A DNA stretch of 63,867 nucleotides, counting the filler, from Chiloscyllium plagiosum (taxonomy: Eukaryota): the NCBI RefSeq assembly GCF_004010195.1. It is 4 parts of one record of this genome, joined end to end, with 100 filler letters (N's around TTAATTAATTAA, not from the genome) between each part and the next. Parts side by side here need not be neighbours in the genome. Positions count along the whole stretch, not along the records: positions 1 to 28,218 come from NC_057715.1; 3 more parts are not named here. One strand, written 5' to 3'. Each line of letters opens with the position of its first letter. The first letter of the stretch is position 1. Positions 1 through 13,733 of the stretch are shown here, in pieces. The notes under the pieces were generated by a model. The model did not search any database and was not told the origin of the DNA. It worked only from the letters and a program-made list of their open reading frames with translations. The translations under genes and the position numbers were made by a program.

Positions 1-195
1 ACCCTCACCTTGACCTCTTTCCACCTATCACATTTCCGACGCCCCTCCCCCAAGTCCTTCCTCCCTACCTTTTATCTTAGCCTGCTGGACAAACCTTTCT
101 CATTCCTGAAGAAGGGCTTATGCCCGAAGCGTCGATTCTCCTGTTCCCTGGATGCTGCCTGACCTGCTGCGCTTTTCCAGCAACACATTTTCAGC
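1..195 (+). mobile_element. Penelope-like 3' tail/pLTR with hammerhead motif (family H1; GAAA mutated to GAAG)
   Basis: CTGAAGA-a-GGGC ttat GCCC-GAAG-cGTC at 106-133, followed by the tail shared with 56371-56495 and 51271-51370. Confidence 0.7.
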
Positions 196-1071
196 CAAGA
201 GAGAGTTCCCCAAACCTCAGTGAGACAGCAGGATGCTGCCATCATACATTTAACCAGACCAAATATTCCACACCAACAGTCAATTTGTCCTCTGATAGCA
301 AGGAACCATCCCCAATTATCTTTACCTAATGAACCTTAACAAACACAATAAACTATCAGAAAGTTGCTACAGGATGTTGACTGCTTATGTTAGGAACTGT
401 AATTGCAAACTCTCCCCATCTGCAGTAACATCAATGGCCTGCAATACTAGGAATATCCACTACTCCTGATGGTGCTGTTGGGACAAAAGAGCTGTCTGTC
501 ATTTCATCAACTTTTCTGATCAGGGTAGAGGATCTGGTTCAAGCCAACTAAAGACTCAACAGTCAGTAAATGGCTGCATGGCAATCTAGTAACTTCCAGG
601 CAGACCTGACGCTGGCTTTTGCCAGGGATATGGGGTCCTCACATAAAATGAAACCCATACTGGTTGAGAAGTGCAAGTGCTACTACTTGAGCCAGGGCTG
701 AGACGAGGCTTATATTGACGTGGAAAAGGGAGTAAAGGAGAGCAGCAAGTCGGATTGAAATGGAGGGCACCAAAACTTAAGATCTTCAGTCTGAAAAAAA
801 GCCAGTTAAGAAAATGAGTTGACAATAGTTATTTATTAACTAAAATATGAATATTTGGTGTAATCTACCAGGAAGATTGTTGGAGATAAAATGCTGGTAC
901 TGTTCAGAATGCAGCTGTATGGATCATCAGACCTGACTTTCATTCAACTAAGAAAGCATTTCTTGTTCTTGGTGTCCTTTATATCTTATTGTATTTTTCA
1001 TAGATTGAAACTGAGGTCAATGCTGTTTATAGTTTGTAGTTTAACTCATTCTGTTCTTTTCTTCATTCTAG

Positions 1072-1134
1072 CATGATCAAATTGGAGAACTATTCAGAAA
1101 GATTGATTATTCTGCAAGTGGTCAGATTGATTGG
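1072..1134 (+). CDS. WDR95: WDR95-like EF-hand/WD-repeat protein, internal exon A (HDQIGELFRKIDYSASGQIDW)
   Basis: Pyrimidine tract + AG at 1070-1071, GTAGGT donor at 1135; phase 0 join to exon at 10461 completes an EF-hand-like loop DYSASGQIDW|DE. Paralog assignment within the WDR95/WDR49/WDR64 group is from recalled similarity. Confidence 0.75.
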
Positions 1135-1479
1135 GTAGGTATAATGCTGTGACTGCTCACTTAGTCACATACTCATTACTGTTTTGAAATGTTGAGCTGG
1201 GTCTTGTACTGTGAAGAAGTCAGGACTTCAGTCCCTCAGGGGAATGAAGGCCTCATTTGATTAAACTAGATTACAAGAACAGCCTAAAGCCCAAATAACT
1301 ATTTTAAATGTCAAATGTAATAAGAATAACGGTTAACTTGAATATTCTATTTCTCATCTGATGTGATTTTGAATGAGGAATAAATATTGACTTGCAAGTT
1401 TCCCTTCAAGCCACACATCAGCCACACATCAGCCTGACTTGATTTAGGGGAGCTGGGGGGAGAAGGTTATAGTGTGTAC

Positions 1480-2480
1480 TGACTGGTTGGAGTCCTACCT
1501 GACACAAAGAAAGATGGTTGAACTTGTAATAGGTCAGTCATCTGAACGTCACTACAGGAGTTGGTAAGGGTCATGTCCTAAACCCAACTATCTTCAGCTG
1601 CGTCATCAATGACCTTCCCTTCATCATAAGGTGTGAAGGGGGGATTTTTGCCGATTGCACAAATGTTCAGCACCATTCATCATAGCTCAGATACTGAAGC
1701 AATTCATGGCTAACTACAGCAAGACCTGGACAATACCCCAGGCTTGGACTCACAAGTGGCAAGTAACATTCATGTCATGTAAGTGTTAGGCAACGACCAT
1801 CTCTGATGAGACAATCTACCCACCAATCCTTGACATTATGTTACTATTGCAGAATCCCCCATTATCAATATTCTAGGGGTTAGCATTGATCAGAAACTGA
1901 ACTGGTTCAGCCATGTAAATGCTGTGGTTGCACAAGGAGGTCAGAGACTAGGAATATTGCAGTGAATAATTCATTGTCTGACTTCCCAAAATCTGGGGAG
2001 TCAAGAGTGTGATGGAATATTCCCCACTTGCCTAGATGGGTGCAACTCCAACAACACTCAAGAAGCTTGACACCATCTAGGACAAAGCAACCCATTGGAT
2101 TGACACCAGAATCAGCTACTCCCTTCATCACTGATGCTCAGTAGCAGTAGCATCACCAAGATTCACTGCAGCATTTCAACTTCTAAGCACCTTCCAAACC
2201 CATGACCACTTCCATCTAGAAGGAAAAGGGCAGCAGGTACATTGGAGCACCACTCCCCGCAAGTTCCCCTCCACGTCACTCAGCATCCTGACTTGGAAAT
2301 ATATCACTGTTCCTGCACTGTCACAGGGTCAAAATCCTAGAATTTCCTTCTTAATGGCATTGTGTCTATCTACAGCACTGGATTGCAGCAGTTCTAGAAG
2401 GCATCATCAACTTCTTAAGGGAAACTTGGGACCGGCAATATACTCTAGACCAGCCAGCAATGCCCACATCCCATGTATGA
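1480..2480 (+). mobile_element. Old CR1-type LINE 3' fragment (RT and 3' UTR)
   Basis: Decayed GVPQGSVLGP/FINDL/FADD codons at 1555-1660; same family on - strand at 35250-37225. Confidence 0.7.
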
Positions 2481-2696
2481 ATAAACCAAAATTCCTTTAC
2501 TGTCTCTGGGTCAAAATCATGGAACTCCTGTACTGACAGCAACAGAGACTTATCTACACCACATGGACGACAGTGAATCAGAAAGGCAACTCAACACCAC
2601 AACCTCGAGAGTTGTTAGGAAAGGACAGTTAATGCTGACCTAACCAGTGAAGCCCAAATCACGTGTAAGGATAATGTTTTTAAAATACTCCCGTGT

Positions 2697-3515
2697 TATA
2701 GAGTCATAGCGATGTACAGCATGGAAACAGACCCTGCGGTCCAACTCATCCACGCTGACCAGATATCCTTAATTAATCTAGTCCCATTTGCCAGCATTTG
2801 GCCAACATTCCTCTAAACCCTTCCTATTCATTTACCCATCCCACATGCCATTTAAATGTTGTAATTATCCCAGCCTCCACCACTTCTTCCAGCAGCTGAG
2901 TCCATACATGCACCACCCTCAACATGAAAAAGTTCCCCTTTAGGTCCCTTTTAAATCTTTTCCCTCACACCTTAAATCTACATCCTCTAGTTTTGGACTC
3001 CCCTACCTTGGAGAAAAGATTTCAATTAGTCACCCTATCCATGCCCCTCACAATTTTATAAACCTGCACAAAGTCACCCCTCAAACTCCAGGGAAAACAG
3101 CCCCAGTCTATTCAGCCTCACCCTATAGCCTAAACCCTCCAATCCTGGCAACATCCTTGTAAATGTTTTCTGAACCTTTTCAAGTTTCATAACATCTTTT
3201 CTATAGCAGGGAGACTAGAATTGAATGTAACATTCAAAAAGTGGCTTAATGAATGTCCTGTAGAGCCACAACATGACCTCCTAACACCTATACTCAATGC
3301 ACTGACCAATAAAGGCAAGTGTACCTCGTGCCTTCTTCACTATCCTATCGACCTGTGACTCCACTTTCAAGGAACTATGAACCTGTACCCCATGGTCTCA
3401 TTGTTCAGCAACACTCTACAGGACCTTGCCATTAAGTGTATAAGTCCTGCCCTGGATTTGTCTTTCCGAAATGTAGCACCTCACATTTATCTAAAGTAAA
3501 CTCCATCTGCCACTC
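2697..3515 (-). mobile_element. HER1/CR1 LINE 3' fragment
   Basis: Reverse complement of CR1 ORF2 C-terminus and tail; similar to 5380-5870 and 26113-27212. Confidence 0.85.
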
Positions 3516-5379
3516 TAAGTGATTGCGAGGGCTTATGAGAGGTTGTTAAAAGTTTCCAGAACAAGTAATAGGACAGAGAGTACGGAAAGGGTCAGGAATC
3601 TAACTTCAGATAGATAAGGGGACAACTATGAGAAAGGGGGACAGTTAACACAGGATCGAGTGTGTTCTATTTAAATGTATGCAATAGACAAAATAATGTA
3701 AATAAGTTTGTAGTACAGATTGAAATTAGCAGGTACAATGTTGTGGGCTTCACAGAGATGTGAATACAAGGAGATCAGGGCTTGGAACTAAATATCCAAG
3801 GATACCTGTACAACTGAAAGGACAAGCAGACAAACAAATGGGACAGAGTTGCCTTGTTAGTAGGAAATGAAAGTTAATTGATAGCAAGAAGCCATGGAGA
3901 ATCAGAAGGCATAGAATATTGTTTCTCTTTATTCAGATGTGGGTGTCACTGGCTGGACCAGCATTTATCGCCCATCCCTAATTGCCTAGAGGGCAATTAA
4001 GAATCAACCACATTGCAGTTATTTCAAAATGTGCCATGGAATCCTTCATGTCCATCCAAGAAGTAACTGGGACCTTGATTTAATAACTCATTTGAAAGAT
4101 GGCACCTTGGACTGTGCAGTACTTCCCTGGTATACCACTGTGGTTGTGGTCAAATTCTGGAGTGTAAATTGAACCTACACCCTTCTGACACGTGTGTGTG
4201 CTACCAACTGAACCATGACTGACACAACAGCATTTATATACATTGGAGCAGCTAAATGGAGTGCAGCTGGTGTGATCTAAATGAGGTTTTGGTGCTATCA
4301 TCATCAAAGCAGGTGGTTGTCAGAATTATCACTGAAGTTAGCTGTGAGAAAGCTAAATAAATGTGTACAGTTCAAGTCACACGACCAATCATTATCAAAG
4401 GTTAACAACTCTATTTCATGAGTTGACTCAACTTCTTTAAGAATGGGCACAATAACATTTCTGGAACTGTTCGGCCAGTTACCAGAATTGGGAAATTTTA
4501 CCTGTGAGGAAACATTGTATAAGCTTGTGTAGTTGAAGGAAGCTGAGGGGCAACTTAATTGAGGTATGTAAAATTGAGAGGCCTAAATATAATATTGTAA
4601 TGTGCTGTCTATATTTTGAGTGCAGAGCAAAAGGCTTTATTGAACATAACTTTTCTGGTGGTAATAAAGGGCATCTTATCTGAAGCCCTATACACCAAGT
4701 TCATGTGATCCAATATCATGGTGTCATAGCTCCTTTGCACATGCCCAGGTACTATATATGGGGAGATAGTGCACCAGCTCATTCATTAATCTCAGTGGAG
4801 AGAACCATGGGCAGGTTCGACGTGGGAGGCCAACCTGCCTTGCCAATTCATTCACCCAATAAAGACTAAAGTTTACTTCACTGTGTAACTGAAGTGGCCT
4901 CCTTCTGTCTTTGATGAGGTTATTGAATTTGGTCCGATCTGGGGAAGAAAGACATTGTGTCTAAGATTTGCTCCAAGAAACATCAGGAACATTGATAATT
5001 GCCTTTAATTTTAGTCATTCTTCATGAGCATACCTGCTGGTCGTGGATAATATGAAGAAGAAGTAAAAGCAGAGGTGGAATATTCAGCCCCTTGTGCCTG
5101 CTCTGCAATTCAATTAGATCAGAACTGGATCTGCTTGTATTTTGAATTCCACATTTCCTCAGTAACCTTTGATTCCCTTGCCTAAGAATAATTTATCTAC
5201 TTTTGCCTTAAAACTTTTGAATGACTGCTTTCACTGCCTTCTGATGGAATGGGTTGCAAAATCTCATTTTCCCTCATTTCTACTCTTTGGTAAAGCACAT
5301 CCCTCCACATTTGATACCTTGCATCCACTATTTAGTTTAAAAGTCCCCCTACTTCTCTAGATATGTGATCTGCAAGAAC

Positions 5380-5870
5380 ACAAGGATGTTGCCAGGGTTG
5401 GAGGATTTGAGCTATAGGGAGAGGCTGAACAGGCTGGGGCTGTTTTCCCTGGACCGTCGGAGGCTGAGGGGTGAGGGGTGACCTTATAGAGGTTTATAAA
5501 ATCATGAGGGGCATGGATAGGGTAAATCAGTGGTTGGGGAGTCCAGGGAGTCCCTGGGGTTGGGGAGTCCAGAACTAGAGGGCATAGGTTTAGGGTGAGA
5601 GGGGGAAGATATAAAAGAGACCTAAGAGGCAACTTTTTCACACAGAGGGTGGTACGTGTATGGAATGAGCTGCCAGAGGAAGTGGTGGAGGCTGGTACAA
5701 TTGCAACATTTAAAAGGCATTTGGATGGGTGTATGAGTAGGAAGGGTTTGGAGGGATATGGGTCGGGTGCTGGCAGGTGGGATTAGATTGGGTTAGGATA
5801 TCTGGTCGGCATGGACGAGTTGGACAAAAGGATCTGTTTCCATGCTGTACATCTCTATGACAATGACTCC
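5380..5870 (+). mobile_element. HER1/CR1 LINE 3' fragment
   Basis: RGNFFTQRVVRVWNELPEEVVEA (ORF 5595..5786), tail tctgtttccatgctgtacatctctatga. Confidence 0.9.
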
Positions 5871-6084
5871 ATGACTGTCTGCAGCATATTTCTGCTAAAG
5901 ACAATCCCAATAGGACAGCCTCTCCTTTCTGCAGCGCTGTGAGCAATGAGCCTGCTTCTCCCATACCTGTTTTCAAGCATGTGTGCACACAATGCAGATC
6001 TTTTTTATTGAGTCTACCTATGTCAGCTGTATCTCCATGGACCAAGACCACCAGCTTCTCTCCCTCCCACTGCAAGTTCCTTTC

Positions 6085-7556
6085 CCTTCACACAGGAAAA
6101 AGACAATGTTGTTGAGGAGAATACGGAGATACAATCTATTAGATTAGACACGATTGAGGTTCATAAGGAGGAGGTGTTAGCAATTCTGGAACGTGTGAAA
6201 ATAGATAAATCCCCTGGGCTGGATGGGATTTATTCTAGGATTCTCTGGGAAGCTAGGGAGGAGATTGCAGAGCCTTTGGTTTTGACCTGTATGTTGGCAT
6301 TGTCTACAGGAATAATGCCAGAAGACTGGAGGAGAGCTAATGTTGTCCCCTTGGTAGAGACAATCTTAGTAATTATAGACTAATGAGCCTTACTTCAGTT
6401 GTGGGTAAATTGTTGGAAAGGATTAGAAGAAATAAGATTTATAATCATCTAGAAAGGAATAATTTGATTAGGGATAGTCAACACGGTTTTGTGAAGGGTA
6501 GGTCATGCCCTCACAGAAGGATGGGTTAGTAAATTTGCAGATGACACTAAAGTCGTGGACAGTGCGAAAGGATGTTGCAGCTGACAGAGGGACATAGATA
6601 AGCTGCAGAACTGGGCTGAGAGGTGGCAAATGGAGTTTAATGCAGACATGCATGAGGTGATTCACTTTGGAAGGAGTAACAGGAATACAGAGTACTGAGC
6701 TAATGGTAAGAATCTTGGTCATATGAATGAGCAGAGAAATCTCGATGTCCATGTGCATAGATCCCTGAAAGTTGCCACTCAGGTTGATTGGGTTGTTAAG
6801 AAAGCATACAGTGTGTTCGCCTTTATTGGTAGAGGAATTGAGTTTCACAGCCATAAGGACATGTTGCAGCTGTATAAAACTCTGGTTATGGCCACACTTG
6901 GACTATTGCGTATGGTTCTGGTCACCGCATTATAGGAAGGACGTGGAAATGTTGCAGAGGAGATTTACTAGGGTGTTGTCTTGTGTGGAGGGAAGATATT
7001 TTGAGGAAAGGCTGAGGGACTTGAGGCTGTTTTCATTGGAGAGAAGAAGGTTAAGAGGTGACTTAATAGAAACATACAAGGTGATCAGAGGGTTAGATAG
7101 AGTGGACAGTGAGTCTTTTTCCTCAGATGGTGATGGCTAGCATGAGGGGACATAGCTTTAAATTGAGAGATGATAGATATAGGACAGATGGCAGAGGTAA
7201 GTTCTTTACACAGTAGGGCATGGATTGGCATGCATGCAACAGTAAAGGTAAAAACAAGGACTGCAGATTCTGGACACCAGAGTCTAGATTAGAGTGGTGC
7301 TGGAAAAGCACAGCAGGTCAGGCAGCATCCGAGGAGCAGAAAAATCGATGTTTCGGGCAAAAGCCCTTCATCAGGAATAGAGGTCATGCAACAGTAGTAG
7401 ACTCACCAACTGCAAGAACACTTACATGGTCATTGGATAAATATATGGATGGTATTGGTATAGTGTAGGTTAGATGGGCTTCTGATCAGTTCCACAGGTC
7501 AGTGCAACATCAAGGGCTGAAGGGCCTTTTCAGTGCTGCATTGTTCTCTGTTCTAT
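6085..7556 (+). mobile_element. CR1 LINE ORF2 (RT) fragment with internal deletions
   Basis: KSPGLDGIY..L.E, ANVVP, KFADD, HLDYCVWFWSPHYRKD, RRRLRGDLIETYK; 3' tail gttctatg. Confidence 0.9.
7245..7384 (-). mobile_element. Short Penelope-derived hammerhead retroelement (family H1) inserted in CR1
   Basis: 12-bp TSD CATGCAACAGTA (7233-7244 / 7385-7396); minus strand CTGATGA-a-GGGC tttt GCCC-GAAAC-ATC. Confidence 0.8.
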
Positions 7557-8045
7557 GAATAGATTCCCTAGGCCTGGCACCTGGCAGGTAATGCAGTCTT
7601 GTGGACTCTTGGTCTTTGCTGCAAACAATAATGTGAATCCTCTATTATTAGATTTCAATGGCTTCTGTATCACTGTGTCATGGCTGCCCCTGCTGCCTCA
7701 GCTCTCATTCAAACAGGTGAGAGTATCTTGGACAGAGGTTGACACTCCTGCACTTCTGACCTCTGGTCTGCCCCACTTGTAGTCATTCCTTCTGTGCCTG
7801 GCCACTGACCAATCGGAAGACCCTATCCTAACTGATGTGACTGCCTCCTGGTAGAAATAATCAAGGTAACTTTTCCCCTCCTGGTGCATGTACTGTCTGT
7901 AGTTCACTGCAGTCCAGGAGCTCCCACATGCTGCAGTCTTGTCACATCACCTGCTCTGTCATCAATAATGAATTTGGATTAATTATTTAATTAATGCATC
8001 AGTATGAACAGATTAATATTCTCTTCCTAATGGCAATGTTTTAGT

Positions 8046-8392
8046 GAGGCAGAGGGCACAGTGGTTAGCACTGCTGCCTCACAATACCAGCGACCCAGGT
8101 TCGATTTCATCCTTGGGCGGCTGTCTGTGTGGAGTTTGCACGTTTTCTGCATGGGTTTCCTGTGGGTGCTCCAGTTTCTTCCCACAGCCCAAAGATGTGC
8201 TTGTTAGGTGGATTGCAATGCTAATTACCCATAGTGTCCAGGGATGTGCAGGCTTGGCAGATCAACCATGGGAAAAGCAGAGTTAGAGGTATAGGATAGT
8301 TGGGGATGGGTCTGATTGGGATATTCTTCAGAGGGTTTTTGTGGACTCAATGGGCTGAATGGCCTGCTTTCACATTGTAGGGATTCTATGAT
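8046..8392 (+). mobile_element. HE1-type tRNA-derived SINE
   Basis: A-box/B-box-like head (ggcacagtggttagc...ggttcgatt), core tgtgtggagtttgcac, LINE-like tail. Confidence 0.85.
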
Positions 8393-9540
8393 TCCTACCA
8401 TTGTCTTGAATCCATTGGTTGGGGAACTTGGCCATCCAATATTAACAGTAATCATTATGCTGTAAGAGAGATCCTGCTATCATCCAGCTCTATAACCCTG
8501 GTGTTGCAATGGGGCTACTCTGCAGTACCAGAAGAGGTTCATAAAGCAAGGTAAGGAAAGGGAAAGTTGGAGAAAGAAGGGACTGCCCCAAACCCCTCTC
8601 TGTCCTTGAATCATTCACGAACGTCATGAACTTCAGCTAAGGCTTAACTTCACATTCCTTATGATGGCTAGCGAAGGTATCAAAAAATGGCAGGATATTT
8701 TGCTGAGAACATCCTGGCATCATTTGCAATAAATGGATGGAGAAAGACCATCAGTGACTATCTTGGTAAAGGTGAGGATAGGTCAGGCAATGAGGTACAA
8801 TTATGTCATCGATCCTGAATGTACTTTTGTTCTCTGTTGCTACCTTCTCCACAACTTAGATGGAATTATGAGGGGGATTGTGCCATGTATTGTATCCCAC
8901 TTTCTAGAAAATGCTTTAAGAAAATACTATTGGGCTATGGGGAAAGCCAGGTGATCTCCATTGATGAATTGTTGATTCAGAGAACTGGAAGAAAAATGAC
9001 AAAATTAACGATGGAGTTGATGGATTTTTAAAGCTCCAATTTTGTCATTGTTCAGACAAACTGCGGCACTGATGATATTTATTCACTTTTTTCAGTAGCT
9101 GATCAAATCTTGTGACGTGGTAGTATAAACATATGAGCAAGGAACAAGAGAAGGCCGTCTGCTCCACCATTCAATACAATAATGGCTGATCTAATTTTAA
9201 CCTCGAATCTATATTCTTCTATATGCTTGGTAATCTTTCATCCCCTTGGTAATGAAGCTATCTACCTCTACTTTAAGAATGTTTAAAGATTTTGTATCCA
9301 TTGCCTTTTGAGAAAGAGAATTCCAACACTGAATGAAAAAAATGTTTCTTTTGCTCCATTTTAAATGGGCACCCCCTTATTTTTAGATAAATGTGCTTTA
9401 TTTCTTTCATTCTGACAAAATGGACAATTTCACACTTTGTCACATTGTACTCCATTTGTCAGATCTTAGCCCAATTACTTATCTATATCTCTTTGATGGT
9501 TCCTTATGTCCTCTTCACAACTGACTTTCCTCCCTATCTG

Positions 9541-9787
9541 CAGCATGGTGGCTCAGTGGTTAGCACTGCTGCAGTTTCCTCCCACGGTCCAAAACTGTGC
9601 ACATTAGGTGGATTGGCCATGGTAAGTTGCCCTGTAATGTACAGGGATGTGTAGGTTAGGTGGAGTAGCCATGGGAATTAGAATTGGGGTGGTGAATCTG
9701 GGTGGAATGCTTTTCAGAGAGTTGGTGTGGACTCAATAGGCCGAATGGCCTGCTTCCACAGTGTAGGGATTCAGTTCTGTTCTATGA
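9541..9787 (+). mobile_element. HE1-type SINE, internally deleted, nested in a minus-strand CR1 remnant (about 9125-10190)
   Basis: ggtggctcagtggttagcactgctgc joined to gtttcctcccac; tail ggcctgcttccacagtgtagggattc. Confidence 0.75.
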
Positions 9788-10460
9788 TACTAAATTTAGG
9801 TACTACACCTGCAATCTCTTCATCCAAATCATTGATCTACATTGTAAAGAGTTGAGGCCTGACCTCTGTGGCACACTCGTTGAATTCTGCCAGCCTGAAA
9901 ACCATGTTGGCTCTGCTTGATTATCTTGAACTTATCCAAATGCCCTATTAAAATGTCTTTAATAGTGGCTTCCAGCATATTTCTGATGACAGATGTTAAG
10001 TTAATTTACCTCTAGTTTCCAGATTTCTGCCTCCCTCACCTTCCTCACCCCTTTTTGCGTAAAGCAATTGCATTAGCTATTTTCCAATCAAAGGAACGTT
10101 CCCTGAATCCAATGGTTTTTTTTGGAAAATCAAAACCAAAGCATCAGTTATTTCATTTAGTGACTTCGTTTAAGACCCTAGTAGCACCCCTCAATCTATT
10201 CATAATGTTGACCAGGCAGGTTAATTACAGTGCTTCCAATACTCTTGATGGAAGGTGGTACGGGCAGAAAAGACTCCTGGTCAACTATCCTGTAGAAAGC
10301 AATGTCAAACCTCTGTAATACTTTGTCTATAAATGTGACCAATCATATCAAATCTTTGTTCAACCCTTGGAATTGAGGATATGGGGTGAAGAATATCATT
10401 AAATAGTCTGTGGCCTTCAATAGTTCCTTTCTCCTGTTAAAATAATTATATCTTTGACAG

Positions 10461-10691
10461 GATGAATTCTGTACTTACATGCAACTGAAGTATAAGAAGA
10501 TTGAAGAATCCAACTCACAATCAAAACATACCTCATTCGCCCTTCCTGCAATGATCAGAGAGTTTTCTCATGCAGAGCAGATCCTACGTATTTGCTACAC
10601 TCCTGATGATACTTTCATCATGATGCGAGAGGATGGAATCATTTCCTTCTGGTCAGCTGAGCTAAAGCTGAAACGAACCAGGAGACTCTTT
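10461..10691 (+). CDS. WDR95: WDR95-like exon B (DEFCTYMQLKY...SFWSAELKLKRTRRLF)
   Basis: tttgacAG acceptor, GTACGT donor, 77 open codons (contains ORF 10479..10703), phase 0/0. Confidence 0.8.
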
Positions 10692-11949
10692 GTACGTATG
10701 TAGTTAATAATAATCCAGAACAAGTAGCTTTTCCCAATCATGAAACTCACGTCAATAGATTTCTAATAAAATCATTTGATCAATGTGTCATCAGTAGAAT
10801 TGTAAATGTATTCATGTGATTGCTCGGACGTACAGCATTGAGCTCCAGTTTTGGTTCTGTTATATCCTATATTGCCTCAAGTGTGTCATGGAGGCGATGC
10901 ACTGTTTTTGTTGTACCAAGCAACTTATACCTGAAATTTACACTTTGGGCATTTTTCAAATTTCATTGTGTGTTTTTCAGCGCATTTTCTAGCACATCTC
11001 AACTGTATAGAACAAAATGTGATGATAGGATTATTTTGTTGCTCAGAATTAATCCCAGTTTGATTCCCACTCCCTTGGGAGCCATAAAAACTAATTAGAA
11101 TTTTTAAAGGTTTGAAAGATTTTATTTCAAGGAGTGCCTTAAGCACCATGCAGTACTATGTCACATGAACATGTGCAGGGCACCTTAGGATTTCAAAGGA
11201 ATGGAGACCTAGCTTCACGGTCATCCTCATAGTCTCTGTAACAATGTCGATTGTATCAACGTAACTTGTAATTCATTGCAGTAAACTACATTTTGTTCAA
11301 TACAAAATCCTCTTCTGATTAGACCAGGAAGTGGCTGTCCTCTACCACCCTAGACCAAACAGGTCCTGTAGGCTCCTATATTTAGAGTTTTGTGGCAGTA
11401 CACCTACCAGATGGTGAGATGTCAATACAATATAGTGAACAGTGGTGTTTAGCTGCCTCACACAACATGCAGTGGTGGAGATCTGAAGATTTTTCAGCAT
11501 CTTCAAACTCACCTTTACATCAATCGTTATGCAGGCAGTGAATGCCAAGGAAGAGATTAACATTTAACAATCCTGGAGATGAAATTAAGTCTGAATTAAA
11601 GTGACAAAGAGACATATTAGAAACCTGAGCAGTCCTGATGTAATGAAAGGAGAGAGCTCGTCAACTTTATTAATGTCACAGGATACTTTATTAAAACTGT
11701 CTTTAAGGTGGGCGAAGCATGCACTTAAAAAGAAAGAAAGTGAGCCTTATTAGACAGTGGCACAGTCATGGACAGTGAGAACAATCCAGAATAAATGTTT
11801 AAAATGCAGATATCATGTTTTATTGGTGCAGGCAGCAGGATTCATTCAGAAAATGAAATGGGGATCATTTATTAATGGCACAATCGTGGGATTCATCTTG
11901 TGAAGCAGTGAAAAAGACAGGAATCCTCTGTTTTTATGATGACAAGACA

Positions 11950-12660
11950 GGGATTCTGTATTTTGGCTGCTAAATCATTGTATCTCCCTAAATTCAAGAA
12001 GAGTCCACATCCTTTAATGGAACAAATTGAGGAGCTACTTTCACAGATGGCCAAAATGGACATCACTTCTGAAATTTGCTGTGTTGTGCTCAGACATGGC
12101 TACTGTGCCTAAACCTAATGGATCCATTCAAATTTACGTAGACTTTACAGTTCAACAAGGTGATGGTGAGAGAAATTCAACAGTTGATGAGAATTTAGCT
12201 AAATTAACCAAAAGCAAAGTTTTCAGGAAACTCTAGGTAAACAGTGGATTCTGGCAGATGCCTTTGAACAAGCAATTCAGATTATTTACCCAAATTTGTG
12301 ACTCCATTTGAACGATTTGGGATCATTACAACCACACAGAGATTTTTCAACAGACAAGGTCCAATATGTTAAAAGGTTCTTTTCTGAGTCATACGTCACA
12401 TGAATGACATATTGATTCATGGGAAAACAGCTGAACAATATGATAGAGAGTGAATGTAGTCCTAAAGCACACCTTTCTGAATATGTAGGAATTCTTCATA
12501 GAATCTATTTGCTTTTTGGGAGACCTTGTCAGTAATGATATTATAATAACAGACGTGCAGAACACTAAAGCCTTGAAGAAGTTTTCTACTTCAAAGTCAG
12601 TTCATGACTCTTCAGATTTGTTAAGGATAGTAAACCAGTTGATGAAATGCTAGAATAGTG
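11950..12660 (+). mobile_element. Highly decayed Gypsy LTR-retrotransposon RT fragment
   Basis: VPKPNGSIQIYVDF, LAKLTKSKVFRKL, SGFWQMPL, VTPF, HMNDILIHG across frameshifts. Confidence 0.7.
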
Positions 12661-12989
12661 TTGGAACCTGTATCAAAATTTTTAAATTCAACAATCCACA
12701 AATGAAGAACTTTTTGGCTATTTATATGTAATACTCCAAGGATGTGATAGTGTCAATGGAGCAACACCATATCGTACGTCACCACTTTAGACAGTGAGAA
12801 AATATTACAAAATTGGAAATGAATCTCAACTGCTGTGGTTTGGACTTAAACTAAGGTGACAGACAATCCTGAATGATCATAGGTCACTGTTATTGCGTTA
12901 TTTGTTTGTGAGATATAACATTTGTTTATTAAAGTGAACACTCACCCATTACAAGCTGGCATGATAACTCCACTAATTTTATTTTTCAG

Positions 12990-13072
12990 GAGAGGCCCAC
13001 TGGCCGAAAACCTAAATGGATAACTGACTTCACCATCATGTCGCAATATAACAAGTTCATCCTGAGTACTGG
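12990..13072 (+). CDS. WDR95: WDR95-like exon C (ERPTGRKPKWITDFTIMSQYNKFILSTG)
   Basis: tttttcAG acceptor, GTATGG donor, phase 0/2; WITD WD-type motif. Confidence 0.8.
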
Positions 13073-13185
13073 GTATGGGGTTTTTCTGTCAGTGTTTTGG
13101 TGTATGCTGCATTTTATTGATAAACTGGATAGCTTGGAGATACTGCAAAATAATATTTTGTGTTTCTTTAACCTTTTCAACATAG

Positions 13186-13278
13186 TGATCGGGAAATTCA
13201 GATTTATGAGCTGTCTACCTTGGAGCCATATTGTCAGATTACTGGTTTGGAAACAGGACCATTACAGCTTGACTACTG
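13186..13278 (+). CDS. WDR95: WDR95-like exon D (DREIQIYELSTLEPYCQITGLETGPLQLDY)
   Basis: catAG acceptor after a 113-nt intron, GTAGGA donor, phase 2/2 in frame with exons C and E. Confidence 0.8.
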
Positions 13279-13687
13279 GTAGGAAATATCAGCTGGTTAA
13301 ATAGTACTTAGTGCATAATCAATTGGAATTTTCAGAAGATATCAAAATCATGTACAGCTTATACTGTAACATTGAAATAAATGCATTTAATGTCATTAGT
13401 ACTGAACCAACCTCCTTCCCAATAAATCACTCCATTATTTCCTACATTATTACCAATATTATGCTTCAGTACCATTAGAGAACTTATAACATTAAAATGA
13501 GAATATTCCATGACATTTTCATTTAAAAATAATGGAATGCTGTAGATGTCCTTAGGATTACTGGCAGTGTTATTGAACCGGAACATGATATAAAGGTTTC
13601 TTTTGTTACAACATGGTCAAATTATCTATGAAGGGTGATGACAATCTATCAAGTAAAAGCATAAATTTAACTTCCTGTATTCTCCAG

Positions 13688-13733
13688 CTCCACAGGTGAA
13701 GATGACTGTATGATTCTATATGGAGATGATCAG
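13688..13733 (+). CDS. WDR95: WDR95-like exon E (STGEDDCMILYGDDQ)
   Basis: tctccAG acceptor, GTGAGA donor, phase 2/0; LYGDDQ|G motif of the WDR64/WDR49/WDR95 group. Confidence 0.8.

Noticed and set aside
4596..4960. Possible solo LTR with TATA-like, hairpin (GGCAGGTT/AACCTGCC) and AATAAA
   Set aside because: No convincing 3' CA terminus or TSD identified.
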